DNA of 62,000 nt, counting the filler, from Choristocarpus tenellus KU-1152 (Eukaryota; Protista; Phaeophyceae), in NCBI GenBank assembly GCA_964200185.2. It is 11 parts of 11 records of this genome, joined end to end, with 100 filler letters (N's around TTAATTAATTAA, not from the genome) between each part and the next. Parts side by side here need not be neighbours in the genome. Positions count along the whole stretch, not along the records: positions 37,377 to 44,335 come from CAXNAD020006967.1; positions 44,436 to 48,380 come from CAXNAD020017005.1; positions 48,481 to 55,262 come from CAXNAD020007364.1; 8 more parts are not named here. One strand, 5' to 3'. Position 1 is the stretch's first letter; the number at the start of each line of letters is the position of its first letter. Position numbers and translations under genes: made by a program. Below are positions 37,377 to 50,102 of this stretch, in pieces. The notes under the pieces are model-generated. The model worked only from the letters and a program-made list of their open reading frames with translations, had not been told where the DNA came from and made no database searches.

Positions 37377-37625
37377 GGGTTGCACTGGTTGGTCATGAGG
37401 TGTGAGGAGTGATTGGAAGTCAATTGTGAAGGGGTTGGACTGGTTGGTCATGAGGTGTGGGGGGTGTCTGGAAATCAGTGGCGAAGGGGGTTATCACTGG
37501 TTGATCATCAGAGGTGGGTGTTGGCTCGAATTCAGTGGGGAAAGGGGTTTGCATTGGTTGGTCATCGCAGGTGGGGGGGTGACTGGAAATCAGCAGCGAA
37601 GAGGTCGCACTGGTTGGTCACAAGT
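37377..37625. repeat. Degenerate minisatellite, about 55-57 bp unit, about 4.5 copies
   Basis: Recurring GGGTTGCACTGGTTGGTCAT...GGTG...CTGGAAATCAG..GCGAAG. Confidence 0.75.
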
Positions 37626-38785
37626 GGTTATACAATGGAGAGGAAGGGAATGAGTGGAATGCAAATATAGAATTTTAAAAATCAAGAATTCGTGAGCAAA
37701 ACGAAACCATTCACATGACAGAAAGATTACTGTATCATATCGTTTAGTATAATATTTTTTATTATTATGCCCTACGATGTTTTAGAGATCTGGTAGGGGA
37801 AAAAACAATGAAAACTATTCACATGTCAGAAAAATCCCTTAAAAAGTAATTGTTGTCGTTAGTGGTGATCAAAATCATCCTATAGCACTTGTATATAGCA
37901 ATGTCAGATCACAAACGCTAGTCAAACCGATCATTGACATTGTATAGCGTTTTGTCCTAGTATCCCCATTCTGTTTATCCTTTTGTCGTGTAATATAATG
38001 GCGCAATAATATACTAACAGTCACACATGTTTCCCATTTCGCTCCGAGAGATAACTTTTTGATTGACCTTGAATCATGTTTACATGGCTTCCAAGCCGAT
38101 CAGAAGGGGGGGTGATGGGAAAGCAGGTTTGTCCGTTGTTATATCGTTAATGCCGTATTCCATATACCGTCATACCGACTGATGTTCCTTATCAAGAATC
38201 CCTGTTTCCAGTGGAGGATCTTCCGTGAGAATGAATCCATGGAATCTCTTCAAGAGACCAGTTCCACAGATATGGGACTGCTCTTCATTCAGAGTTGTCA
38301 GACATGAAGGATTCACTTCGTTCTCGTGTCTTGACTCTTCTGGTGATCCTCTCTCACGTGATCCTCAGTCTGTCGGTCTCCACAATTTTGAACAGGCAGT
38401 CTTGCACTGGTCCAAGGCTAACCTCGTCCTCTTGGTTACAGTTTGTCTTGGTTCCGTCCGGTCTGTTTTACCCGGTGATTCTCTTCACCGCCCTTGCCTG
38501 AGTGATCCACGCCGCCACGGAATCGCACGATTCAAAAACCGAGCGTCAGCATAGTGCTACGTATCAACAAAACAAAGGATATCACTCATGGAGGAATAAG
38601 AATAAATATGGTAGAAGAGAATCTGTAGAAAACACCTTCAGATTTAAAAATTCTTTTGGTAGTAAATTTCTATCGAGGAATGAAGATAACCCTAACGGAC
38701 TTCTGTAAGTATTACTAGCACACAGAAAATACACTAATCTTCTGTTTTTTGTGTATAGCGACTTAAGATGGTTCATCTGTCTGGT

Positions 38786-38857
38786 GGCTTCGTGGTATAA
38801 TGGTTAGCATTCGCCCCTGTCACGGGTGAGATCCGGGTTCGATTCCCGGCGAGGTCG
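38786..38857 (+). tRNA. tRNA-Asp (anticodon GTC), intronless
   Basis: Cloverleaf: acceptor GGCTTCG/CGAGGTC, anticodon arm CGCCC-CTGTCAC-GGGTG, T arm CCGGG-TTCGATT-CCCGG, discriminator G73. Followed directly by a TTTTT Pol III terminator. Confidence 0.93.
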
Positions 38858-39080
38858 TTTTATACTTTTCGTATCGCGCCTCATTATCTTCTTTAGTCAG
38901 CATCACCAAGCAACCAGCTCACACTCGACCGATCAGTTTTGTTGCCATAGGGGCATTTTTGCTTCCTTGCCTTGTCCCCTTGATTGATTGGTGTCGTACT
39001 GATTGATATTTGATTGATGGGTTTGATTCGTTAGTCTATTATATAAGTTTCATATATGGTGGTGGGATGACGAGAGTCAA

Positions 39081-39318
39081 AGTAAACGAGAGGTACCCAG
39101 AGTTGCATTTAAGGAGGCTGAAAAACTTATCCAATATTCGTCTATATTTACAATTGGTTATAGTTTTTTTTATTGTGTCGAAAAGTTTTGAACAACAGAG
39201 AAATTAATATTCTGAATTCAATCTTTGTACTTTATTAATAGAAATTTGGGTGAATGGCAAAGGATAAAAAAATGACTTCAAGTGCAAAACGCCAAAACCT
39301 GGGTACCTCTCGTTTACC
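39081..39318 (+). mobile_element. MITE family C copy with perfect 19-bp TIR
   Basis: GTAAACGAGAGGTACCCAG at 39082 and CTGGGTACCTCTCGTTTAC ending at 39317. Confidence 0.85.
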
Positions 39319-40399
39319 TAAGGTAAATCGTAATATTATTTGAAAATAGATATTGCCATGAAGCAAAGGAGCCAAAAGAGAAGATATGCTTCGACCCCTG
39401 GTTAAAGACACTATATTGCATTGAAGATAAGACCAATGTAGAATACAAAGAGTGTCTTTCAAGACAAGAGACGAATTTATCAATAATATCTGACAAGGAA
39501 ATTCAAAAACAATGATCAATTGTGGAAGGAACACCATAATATATACTCCACACAGAAAGAAGAAAACAGAAAAAAATATGAAATACAACACGGACTTCAG
39601 AAAGAAGAAAAAAAGGTACGTGGACGTACCAAACAATCGGTTCCAGCATGCACCACCATGCACCCCCACCACGAGAAAAAAGACACAACCGCAACATACT
39701 CCCTGGTGCAATTTACTTTCACTTCTTGTGCCCTTATGATGATGGCAAGGTGATACCATGTGGTCTAGATGGTAGAGGGTATCCTTCCGTGACACTAGAG
39801 AGTGGGTGAAGAAGCTGTACCCTGTTGTCCAGGTAGGCAATCCTCACCGCTGTTGTGGAGACTTTTTTTCTCTTTCCCAAATTGATACACTAGTAGTCGT
39901 AAGTGTTACATATTTGACTTCTTTGGTGTTGTGTTTCCCATCGCGTCCTTGTTTGCAGATACTATCATGTTATTGTAGCCTCCATATATGCCCTGTGTAA
40001 CTGTTACAGGTTTGGGTCTGGTTAGTAAACTCATTGGAGGTGTGGTGTAGTGAGATGGCCTATTGTTAGGGTACATATCAGCCGGTACTCGAGTGCTGTG
40101 CAAAACCAGTGTCTTGTGGGTGACAGTTGAGCTGGATCAAGTTGAATTGTTTTTCGATTAGTATTGTTGATCTTCTCAATACAGGTGCTAGTTTGAAATT
40201 TGCACGCGGTCATGATAAAGTATGTTGGATATTTGCAACTTTCGTAAGTGCCAGCCTGTTTAGACATGCTTACTCCCAGTATTTGTCATTTCTTCAACAC
40301 CATACGTCTTGAATAACTGTATAATTTTACTTACCCAGGTGACAGCTTCCATTGTGGCAGTGGCTTCGAAGACTGCCGGTGGAGTAGAGATACCTGTGA

Positions 40400-40657
40400 G
40401 AGTGAAAGTAACTTAGAGGGTACGAGTTTTGCCCTGTTTGTTCATTTGGGGCTTGGCTTCCCATGGGTTCTTTTGTGACATTTTTCGAACTCAAATTTGT
40501 TTAGGACCAGGTAAGGTATATATGTTATGAAAAGGTGTCTGGAACATGGATACTGACACTTGCTAACAAACACGATATTCAAAATTACATCAAAATCGCA
40601 ACATTGGATTTTGGCCCCCAAATGGACGCGGCTCTATCCTCTAAGATACTTTGGTTC
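40400..40657 (-). mobile_element. MITE family A copy (flanked by GTGA on both sides)
   Basis: Matches the family consensus in reverse orientation. Confidence 0.85.
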
Positions 40658-40944
40658 GTGAGTAATTTCGTAAACGAGTTGAAGGAGGAACTTGTGGAGA
40701 CATTGCAACGTGTACCTGATGATGAAGCTCTTCAAGGAATGATGGGGGGTGAGGGGGGGACCTGGAAGCTGGGGTTCAAAATTGTGTTAGTAAATCATAC
40801 GAAGATCTGATGGTGTTCGTGAGTTCATGATCAAGCAGGAAGATGCACTGGAGAAGAGACGTCGGCAAGGAAAGGCAGATGTTCACTTCAAGGATGTAAT
40901 GACACTACTGGAGGATGGTGGGGGAGGGATGGTGTGGGTGAGCA

Positions 40945-41123
40945 GGCTCAAAGTATCTGAGGGGAGATGGCGGCTGTCGATTTGGGGCCAATTTTTTCAT
41001 GTGGCGATTTTTGTGTGATTTGGTTGCATACGTCGGATGGATGATGTAAATGCACTTTTCCTGATTTTGACCCAAATGGACATCCTGGTGTAGACCCCCC
41101 CCCTCCCCCAGATACTTTGGGTC
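40945..41123 (+). mobile_element. MITE family B full-length copy (flanked by AGCA on both sides)
   Basis: GGCTCAAAGTATCTG...CAGATACTTTGGGTC. Confidence 0.85.
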
Positions 41124-41234
41124 AGCAATGATAACATCAACAGCTGGAACGCACAGTTTTTTGCAAGATGTTAGGAGGGTCGGGTTAATGTCATTTTAGT
41201 GCAGTCCTCCTATCGATAGATTGGCTTTGATTTA

Positions 41235-41502
41235 GAGTTAAAGTGTCTTAGAGGGTAGAGTCACGTCCGTTTGGGGGCGAAAATACAATGTTGCGATATT
41301 GATGATATTTTGGCTATAGTGCTTGTTAGGAAGTGTCAATATCCTTGTTCCAGACACACCTTTTCATAATGTATACATTTTATATATTTTACGTACTCCA
41401 AAACATTTCGGAATAGTTAGCATGTCATGAAAAACCTGTAGGAAGTCAAGCCCCAAACGGACAAACAGGGCAAAACTCGTACCCTCTAAGATACCTCCAC
41501 TC
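41235..41502 (+). mobile_element. MITE family A copy with 3-bp TSD TTA
   Basis: TTA-GAGTTAAAGTGTCTTAGAGGGTA...TACCCTCTAAGATACCTCCACTC-TTA. Confidence 0.85.
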
Positions 41503-42310
41503 TTAGGAAGTGCTGTAGTTTATTCACAGAGATCCATGTGGTGGACCGTTTTAATTCTGTATTATTGCATTTTTTATGTTCTACTTTTCTCTGTGCTATT
41601 TCTGACAATGATATGGGGAAAATTAAATTTCTATCAATTAATTGTATGTGTTGATTGATTCCTGGTCAGAGCAATTTCAGAGTCTCTGCTGATCAGGAAA
41701 TGTTTTGCAAAGCCAATTGTATCTCCCTTGGTTACGAATATTTGTGTGTTTTAGAGTACACAGCTGTCGATTGTTAAATTTTTTGTTTATTGCTTGAGGT
41801 TGTTAAGGTTTCAAGTATCTTGGAGCTACAGTACTGTTTTTTTTTCTTCTTGATTTTACGCATGGTCTGACATGGTTGGATAGTTACTTTTTATAGAATT
41901 TCATATGCATTGATGCAATCCCTTGTGTCTAGGCATAAGTCAGGGCATTTGAACTTGTTCCTTCACTAATAAATGCACTTTTTATTTTCATGACTTCATG
42001 GTTCATGACGGAGAAACAGTAGTTGGTGTGATGGGGTTTCATTTTAATCATATACCTAAGAATTTACTACAGCGTGATCTAGAAACAAGGGATTCTCATT
42101 CTTCAAATGGCAACATTTTGTGAACTGCTTCACCTTCTTTAGCTCAATTGCATGGTTTGAGCCTAATCGAAACTTAGGGCGTAAATTTCATCGCCTTTAT
42201 TATCTATGATGGCAAGCACAGTGTAGGACTATAGTGGATTAGTGAGTTTCACATGCCCTAATTTCTATGACCGTTTTTTCCATTTAGCTCTTAGTAACAT
42301 AAACATGTAG

Positions 42311-42569
42311 GAGTGAAAGTATCTTAGAGGGTACGAGTTTTGCCCTGTTTGTCCATTTGGGTCTTGGCTTCCCATGTTTTTTTTCATGACATTTTCCTAC
42401 TCCAAAATGTGTCGGAGTAGGTAAAATGTGTGCGTTATGAAAAGGTGTGTCTGGAACAAGGATGTTGACACTTCTTGACAAATACGATAGCCAAAATTAC
42501 ATCAAAATCGCAACATCGGATTTTGGCCCCCAAATTGACGCGGCGCTACCCTCTAAGATACTCTGGCTC
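42311..42569 (-). mobile_element. MITE family A copy
   Basis: GAGTGAAAGTATCTTAGAGGGTAC...TACCCTCTAAGATACTCTGGCTC. Confidence 0.85.
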
Positions 42570-44613
42570 TACCATTTATGAGATGGACCGACATGTTGAC
42601 ATCTGATTAAAGTCAATGATGGTGCCCAAGGAATAGCATTTTGCCTTGTCATTTAAGGTGTGGATTGTCAAAACTTCCTCTGTAACCAGGCAATGTATCT
42701 TTAGAATGGAGTTCCATACTGGGACATAATTAGCTAGATAGCCCTGGTCAACCTTGTCCCAAATAGTGAACCACAGGAAAGTCATATCTAGAGCTCTACA
42801 TTTTATGATATTTAATTATTATTATGGGCTATCATGTGTAGTGTCATCATCAGTCTGATACTTTCTGTAGTTCCATACTAGCATACTACTTTATTACCAA
42901 TCATGGAAATGATCGATGGACATCATTTAGTTACCTCTTGAACATCCGCTCAATGTGTGTTTGTGGGCCTCATAATTGATTCATAACCCTAGCATTGTGA
43001 ATTCCCTTCTCATTTGCTTGTTACCCTGACCCACTTGATTCATCCTTTACAACCCTAAACATAGCCTGACCCATTCACTTATGCTGAGATGGTATCAAAT
43101 CTTACCCCCCAATACATTGTGTACAATTTGCAGGCTTAAAGGACTATCGCCATTCTGAAGGTTGGGTACAACCCTGAACTCCAAACACCCCTACAACGTA
43201 CACCTGTTTAGAAATTGTTTCCAGGATATCTTATAGTTAAGCATCTACAAAAGCGAATGCATTACTCTCCAAGGCTCCTCCTCATCGCGCTTCCATATAT
43301 CTGGACGGACCGCTACTGAATTTACCATCTTCACGTCTAGTATTTTCTAGCAGATCGAACGGGAAGGGGGGACAGGGGGTCAACACATTTCGTTTGAGTT
43401 CCATACAACGTAGGGGTAGGGCAAGATGCTACATATACTAAATAGAGGATTACGTTTTATCTACAATAAATAGAAAAGTAAACGCGTTAGGGTCGACATT
43501 GTGCAAACTCACATGACACACACATAGTAAAAATACTGAGCAAAATAATCAAGGCGAGGGCAAAAATCAGGGTTGGGGTCAGAGTAAAAAAGATAACTCT
43601 CAAATTAAAATTAAGGTTGTGCGTGATAGGGCTTATGTCATATTATTGTAACGTAAGCGTAGAAGGGAGTCATGATGAGGGCTAGCAGTAGCGGGCCTGG
43701 GGGAAAAGAGAAGGGGTTCATTAACAGGGCGTCAACCTCATATCTATTCATGAGCCTGATCTGACCAAGAGGAGGATGGAAGGTATAATCATAACCGCAA
43801 CAGAGAATTGGGGTCCTCATTAGTCAAATCATCCCCAAAATGCTCTCTGCTCTATTATAGACATGTGAGAGTGCCATGCATATTCTGATTTGAGTATTTA
43901 AAATTGATCTAAAACATCTGCTAAGCTATCTCTTAAGGAATGGCACTGTTACAACTTCAAGTCCCAGTAACTCAAAAAGTGTGTCAGAGAAAACTACAAT
44001 TTCTTCCCCCTTTGGTCAAAGGCATTGTGAACCTTAGGATACTCTCTACTTCCTTCATACATTCCAACATCAGTGTGAGGGTTTGGTTTATGTTTAGTTT
44101 TTCTTGTGAGTGGTTATAGGAGGATTGACATTCTGCTTGATTTTTTGGTGGAATTACAATGTTGAAAATATAAATATATCGGAGAATAAGAAATGTAGAT
44201 GTTGCCTCTCTCATGCTGACTTTGTCTAACGCCGTGATTGAGTAGCAACCAAGAATAGACACGAAATGTATTGACCCTTTCACATTCAATGGGTCAAAGT
44301 ATCTGGGGGGGGAGGGAGTCGGCGTCAGTTTTTCANNNNNNNNNNNNNNNNNNNNNNNNNNNNNNNNNNNNNNNNNNNNTTAATTAATTAANNNNNNNNN
44401 NNNNNNNNNNNNNNNNNNNNNNNNNNNNNNNNNNNTTTGCTGCCTTTTTAAGCCTAACCCTACCCTGGTTTTTTTTTTTTTTGCCCTGGACATCTTTTTG
44501 TTAAGCCCCCCCCCCCCCCCCCCTCCCACCCCCCCTCCCTTAACGAGTACGAGTACGGTGCTTCTGTGTCTGCACGATATGTACACACACTTGTGGGTTT
44601 TGATATATATTTC

Positions 44614-44664
<51 letters not shown>

Positions 44665-44811
44665 TTGTTGTACCTTGTGTGTTGGTATTGATGTTGATGT
44701 GTTGAGTGTGTGATACACATACACATACACATTTCTCGTTGTTCTAGTTGTTCTCGTTGTTCTCGCTGCGTCTTGCGTGTTTGCTGACGGGGTTTTGTAA
44801 ATCATGGGCAG

Positions 44812-47115
44812 GGCTCTGAATGTGCCGTCAGAGAAGAAGCCGACACTGTCCATCTTTCAGAAGATCGAGAACATGAATCTGGCTCTGAACGCTGCCAAGT
44901 CGATCGGTTGTGTCGTGACCAATGTCAATGCTAAGGTGGGAGAGGTAGAGCAGAGAGAGAGGGTGAAGGAGGGGGAGGTGGGGGGGGGGAATGCAGCGGC
45001 GAGGGATTTTTTTTTTTGCTGCTGCTGCTGCTGCTGCTGCTGATGCATTTGTTCCCTTCTCTGTTTGATGATCATTTGATGGTTGAGGGCGTACCAGCAG
45101 CATCGTTCGATAAACAGAAGCATTTTCGAATTTCTGGCCCCAGGCTAGTTCCTGAAATTATCCCCATTTTCTGCCTTCCTGAAAATTGCCAGCGGGACAG
45201 TGGTTTTGCTCCGAGTGAGTGGTACGAGCAGTTCTGCATAGACCCCGTCAAGAGTATTTTCTTAAGTCATGATGTGCTGTCATGATGTGCTGCCAACTGA
45301 AATTGCAATGGTGTGCCATACTCCAGAGCGCTTGGAAGCAGGAAGGCGTTGGTGCTATGTTGACCGAGCGGTGGCAGTCGTCCAGTGCTACTTTCTGTGC
45401 AGTATCCTCTTGTTTGTTGAGTGACTGTTGGAGTGGAGCGTCCTGGGGAGGTTGAGAGCGTTGTCGTAGTTGTTGTTTGCTTTCCCCCTCCTTGACACCC
45501 TATCCCTAACCCTAACCCTAAGCACTATATATATATATATTTGTTACATCTTTCTCTTTGCGTGGGTGGGCCAGGACATCATCGATGGGAACGCCATCCT
45601 GATCCTGGGTCTGATTTGGCAGATCATCCGCATTCAGCTACTGTCCTCCATCAGGTACATCTCAATAATAATAATGTTGGTGATGATGAAGCAAGTAGTG
45701 GAATGCACTGCGAATTATTAGTCAGCGGAATTTTGTAACCGATCCCAGCTGGTTTTTGATTGGTCGACAACGGTTCTTCATTTTTTTTAAATTTTTATAT
45801 CCCCTGTATTCCCCCCGCTTCAGTGGGGTGGTGATTGCGGAGTTCTCCTTCTGATGTCACACATCTTTTTTGATGTCACACATCTTTTTCCTCAGCTCTT
45901 TTCCCCTTCCCCCCTCTTTTCCCCTCCCCCCGAGTGCCGATTCTTCCTGCTTGTCCTCGCCTTAAGTGCCGGCCAATCCGATCAGAGGCAACCGGTCTCC
46001 TCCCCTTAAGCATGATGTCATTTTCGGACCGTTCCTGTTCTTGTGTGCGCTGTGGCAATGGGGGGTGTTGTGATGGTGAAATCACGTTAATTTCTGAAGT
46101 GATAGGCGTGTTAGGGTTAGGGTTACAAGTGATAGGCGTGTTACAAGTGATAGGCGATTGCTTGCTTGGTCCGTTGCTCTCGGGGACGCATTGGTTAGTG
46201 TTTTATGGATTCTTGCACAATTCCAGTCATGGTTAGTGTTACACTACTTGAACAGGGCAGTAGTCCCCCCCATCGTCGCTATCGAGAGAGTATATGTATA
46301 TATATGTATATTTTTTTTTTCAAGGCTACCTCGAAACAACAGGGAAAGGTTTGTTACGCTTGCTGGGAGGAGGCCTGGGCATATGTATGTTTGATGTCCT
46401 CATTGTTTTACTGTTGTGTTGTTGGATTGGTTGATTATATGTGGAGTAGGAAACCCCTGGACGAGATGGAAGAGGTCATCATGATCTCGTCGTCGGCACG
46501 CCTGTGGTGGAGGGGGGTTGGGAACAGGAAATCTTGACCCGATAAAAATAACTTTTTTTTTTTGGTTTCGGTTTCAATTGTTTAAAAAAAATGAATATAT
46601 ATATATATTTATATATATATTTTTGTTATTATTTATTTGGTTTAACCTCGTGTCTCCATCTCAATGGTACGTTTTTTTCGTTTTTTTATTTTTTTTAATG
46701 TTTTTATTTTTTTTGAAATCGGTTTATAATTCGAAGGCGTGTGTATATGTATATATATATGTGTGTGTGTGTGTGTTAGCTTCTTCTCTCACGTTGCGCC
46801 TCTACTTTTGAGTGCGTGCATCTCATTTGAGCGATAGTACTGATGTAATGGGACCTGCTTCATTAACTCATGTTACCCCCATGGCATGGCATGGTATGGT
46901 ATGGTATGGTATGGTTTGGTTTGGTTTTGGTTTGGATTGGTTTTGGTTTGGTTTGGTCTGCCGTTTGGGTTTGGGCGCTCTGTGGCGATATCACTAGCCT
47001 GACGGCTTGCCCAGAGCTTGTCTGCCTACTGGAGGAGGGGGAGGAGCTGGATGGGCTGCTCTCGATGCAGCCAGAGGCCATCCTTCTTCGCTGGTTTAAC
47101 TACCACCTCGATAAG
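44812..47115 (+). CDS. Fimbrin/plastin (actin-bundling, CH1-CH2 region), internal exons 44812-44935, 45575-45654, 46998-47115 (partial)
   Basis: ALN...FQKIENMNLALNAAKSIGCVVTNVNAK/DIIDGNAILILGLIWQIIRIQLLSSIS/LTACPELVCLLEEGEELDGLLSMQPEAILLRWFNYHL is the fimbrin ABD1 signature. Splice phases are compatible. Confidence 0.93.
46880..46960. repeat. Pentanucleotide microsatellite grading TGGCA > TGGTA > TGGTT, in a fimbrin intron
   Basis: Direct inspection. Confidence 0.85.
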
Positions 47116-47943
47116 GTACGAGATAGATTGTTCTTGTCAGTTTCATGCTGTTTTTTGAGTAGTTTCTTTTTGTTTTTTGAGGAGATTTTTTGCTTTTGTT
47201 TTTCTGTTGGTGGATTGTTGAAAAAAAAAAACTTCGGGAAAAATTGTCGGTTGTTTTTTGAAGGTGCTAGGTCTTCCGATGAGAATGCTCTCCATTTTAA
47301 AGAAATGGTGTAGGGGGACGGTAGAGATTTTTCTGTGGGAGTTGTATTGTAGGGGGAGGGAGGTTCTGTTTGTCACGGTGTGTTGTTTGAGAGTGAATGT
47401 CAGGGGAGGGGGAGGAGCAGGGGCTGCTTGTATGGTGTGTCTGTGGATGAAGGGAAGGCGTGCTTGAGATTTGTTGTTAATGGGAAGGCGTGCTGAAGGC
47501 GGGGTGCGAGGTGGTGAGGCGGAAGCAGGATGCGATTGGTTTTGTTAGGGAGTAAGGTTTTCTTGTATTTTGTCGGTTTTGTTAGGCAGGAAGGCGGGCA
47601 CCGCCGAGGGGTATGGAGGGTGAGGTTTCTTTCGTGTTTGCGTTGGTTGGGGCAATGATTTCAGGGAAAGGTACACCAAAAGGTACACCTCTTTTGGTGC
47701 GGTGGTGTTGTTGTTTCGGGTTATTCATGCGAAACAAAATAAACAAATATATAGTAAGTATGTATGTATGTAATGACAAGTAGGTAGTGTTTGATTTGAT
47801 GTAGGAACATTTTCGGCATTTTGTTAGTAACGTGCTATAAATCAGAGCATTGACTGGCGTTGAAAATTTTGCGATCTTTGTTGTCTCTTAGACCTGCGGT
47901 TGGCAGAGCGGTATTTATTTACCGTTAATGGTATAACTAGTTC

Positions 47944-47975
<32 letters not shown>

Positions 47976-49920
47976 TATAAATACATACCTATATATATAC
48001 CTTTGATTTTGTTTTAGTATTTTTTTTTAGTATTTTTTTTTAATGTATCGCAGACCGGTCCAAAACTCTGTTTATGAAGGTCTGCCGGGGATTTTTTTTT
48101 AACAAAAAAAAAGTGTAATATAAAAGGAAAAGTTTTTTGACTTTCCCCCCCAAAAAAATGGGAAGCAAAAAACGCACCGAGCGAGCGAGTAGCGTCTAGG
48201 CGTGGTTGGTAAGAGGTTAGTTGTCACCACAATGTTTTGGTTGGTTGGTTGTTTGTTTGTTGTAGATTGGAACCGAGAGATTGTTGTTTGGGGGGGGGGG
48301 GGGGGGGGGGGGGGGTGGTGTGCAGGATTGGGTGTGGTGGGTATATTGGTTGTTGGGCGGAGAGGGGTTGAGGTAGTGGGNNNNNNNNNNNNNNNNNNNN
48401 NNNNNNNNNNNNNNNNNNNNNNNNTTAATTAATTAANNNNNNNNNNNNNNNNNNNNNNNNNNNNNNNNNNNNNNNNNNNNTTGGTCCCAAATGGACAGCT
48501 GTCACCCCCCCCCCCTCCAGATACTTTGACCCCATATGATTGTACCATCGAGTTGTGCGTCGTTTGGTTTGGCTGCACTTCAGTAGTACTTGACCAGAAC
48601 TGTGTCGCGCCGCAGTAACTTCTCCTACAACACCCCTGTCATTGTAGAGGTTTGCCCGACCATATTCAATACACTAGGGTAGTAGCAATATTAATAGGCT
48701 CTATTATGAGGTATCGTGTGGTATCCACCACTATGAACATGCTGTGGAGACACATAGGGCAAGGAGCAACAGTGCTACCTATCGCCATAGAAACAGCGAT
48801 ACAAGTGCCTTGTTTTTTGGAGGTAGGGAATCGCAGTGTGCTCTCCAGTGTGACTAACAGTGTTGCATTTTGCGGAAATAAAGAATGGAATGAGTGAGGT
48901 GGATGAGTTTACGCCATGCTCAGTGCGGCTCAACTATCTTAGGAACAGGCCGCATATGGTTCAGATAGGGATTTGTGATGCTGAGGAATTATTTTCGTGC
49001 AGAAACCATATCTCATGTGCACTGCATTTGAAGAGTTGGAGTCAGACAAAACAGCAAAGGATTTTTTTATGCTTATTTGGAAGGCGTGTTTTATTTCATT
49101 GGCCAAATTTAGCAGAGGAAGCAAGGTTGGAGGTGAGGAGAGTTTGGCCGGGGGGTGTACTTCAAGCAGAAGAAAATAGGTGCTGCCTTGTTGTGTACAA
49201 AATTGTTGAGTGAGATGGATGGTGTGATTCAGGAAATTATCCACATTTTCTCAATATTAAATAGTTGTCTTATTGTACCACCATCCCGCCTTGCCAATTG
49301 ACCCAATTTAAACCTTTCTAGTAAGGTGTGTTACAGTCTTCAGTGGTCAGGGTGATAGAGCACTTACAGATGTCAACAGTTTGCCCTTCCCACTTACGTG
49401 GATGGGGATAGGTTAGGAACACATGCGTCCTCATGTCACTGAATGTATCTTTTTGTTTTCTGTGGAGTGAGGGCTGTGGGTATAGAGAGAGAGGAATGCC
49501 AAATAGGTGAGGTCTTTATAGCAGTGATAGTATTGATTACAAGAGGTTTGTACAGGATGGGCTGGTGGAGGGTCTTTCTGTCCAAGTGGTGCTTTCATTA
49601 AGATTGGATATGGTTCTCTCTCTCTCTCTCTTTGAATTTCAAAGTCCAAATATTAAAAAATCTTGTTACATCTACAACTATTTTTTTGTATTAATAGCAA
49701 ACATTTTCAAGTCCTAATTTCTATACCTTTCCTAGCCTTGCACTCTTTAATATGATCTTGGAAAAACAGTTCTACTTTTTGTTTGAAGGAGAACAAAAAA
49801 TATTCTCGTCAGATGGCCATTCACACACTTTTGAGCTAACCTTGGCCTTTTACTCACTCCCCATTCCCCTCCTCCGACGTTTACACCCTCTTGCCCATTG
49901 GTAGCTGTTCGGGCTCACAG

Positions 49921-50102
49921 CGGGTTTCTTGACCTTTGCCAGACTGGCAGTGCCCTTGCGCATTGCTGCCGCACTGGCCCTGACTCCAGCAATGGATAAG
50001 TACGTGATCAAAGGCCTCTTCAACAAGAAGGACGGTGCTGGTGAAGTTGTAGAGACATTGGCATTTGATGTGGAGGCTGAGGTGCAGCTGGAGGAGGTGT
50101 GA
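49921..50102 (+). CDS. Terminal exon of a DUF1279/FAM210-like membrane protein (partial)
   Basis: After a CAG acceptor at 49918-49920 the frame reads GFLTFARLAVPLRIAAALALTPAMDKYVIKGLFNKKDGAGEVVETLAFDVEAEVQLEEV*. PLRI...LALTP is typical of this family. Absent from the ORF track because it has no start codon. Confidence 0.6.

Noticed and set aside
37377-37625. CRISPR-like repeat-spacer array
   Set aside because: Whole units are degenerate copies of each other with no unique spacers. The context is eukaryotic and no cas genes are present.
38180-38560. Minus-strand frame interrupted only by TGA codons, as a possible selenoprotein or readthrough gene
   Set aside because: No redox motif or recognisable family and no SECIS identified. 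It is simply antisense to a 109-codon plus-strand ORF and compatible with chance or decay.
6853-38857. Queuosine module made of the QueD-like gene plus tRNA-Asp(GUC)
   Set aside because: They lie on different contigs separated by several artificial spacers. The enzyme lacks the QueD Cys/HGH signature, and eukaryotes salvage queuine rather than make it.
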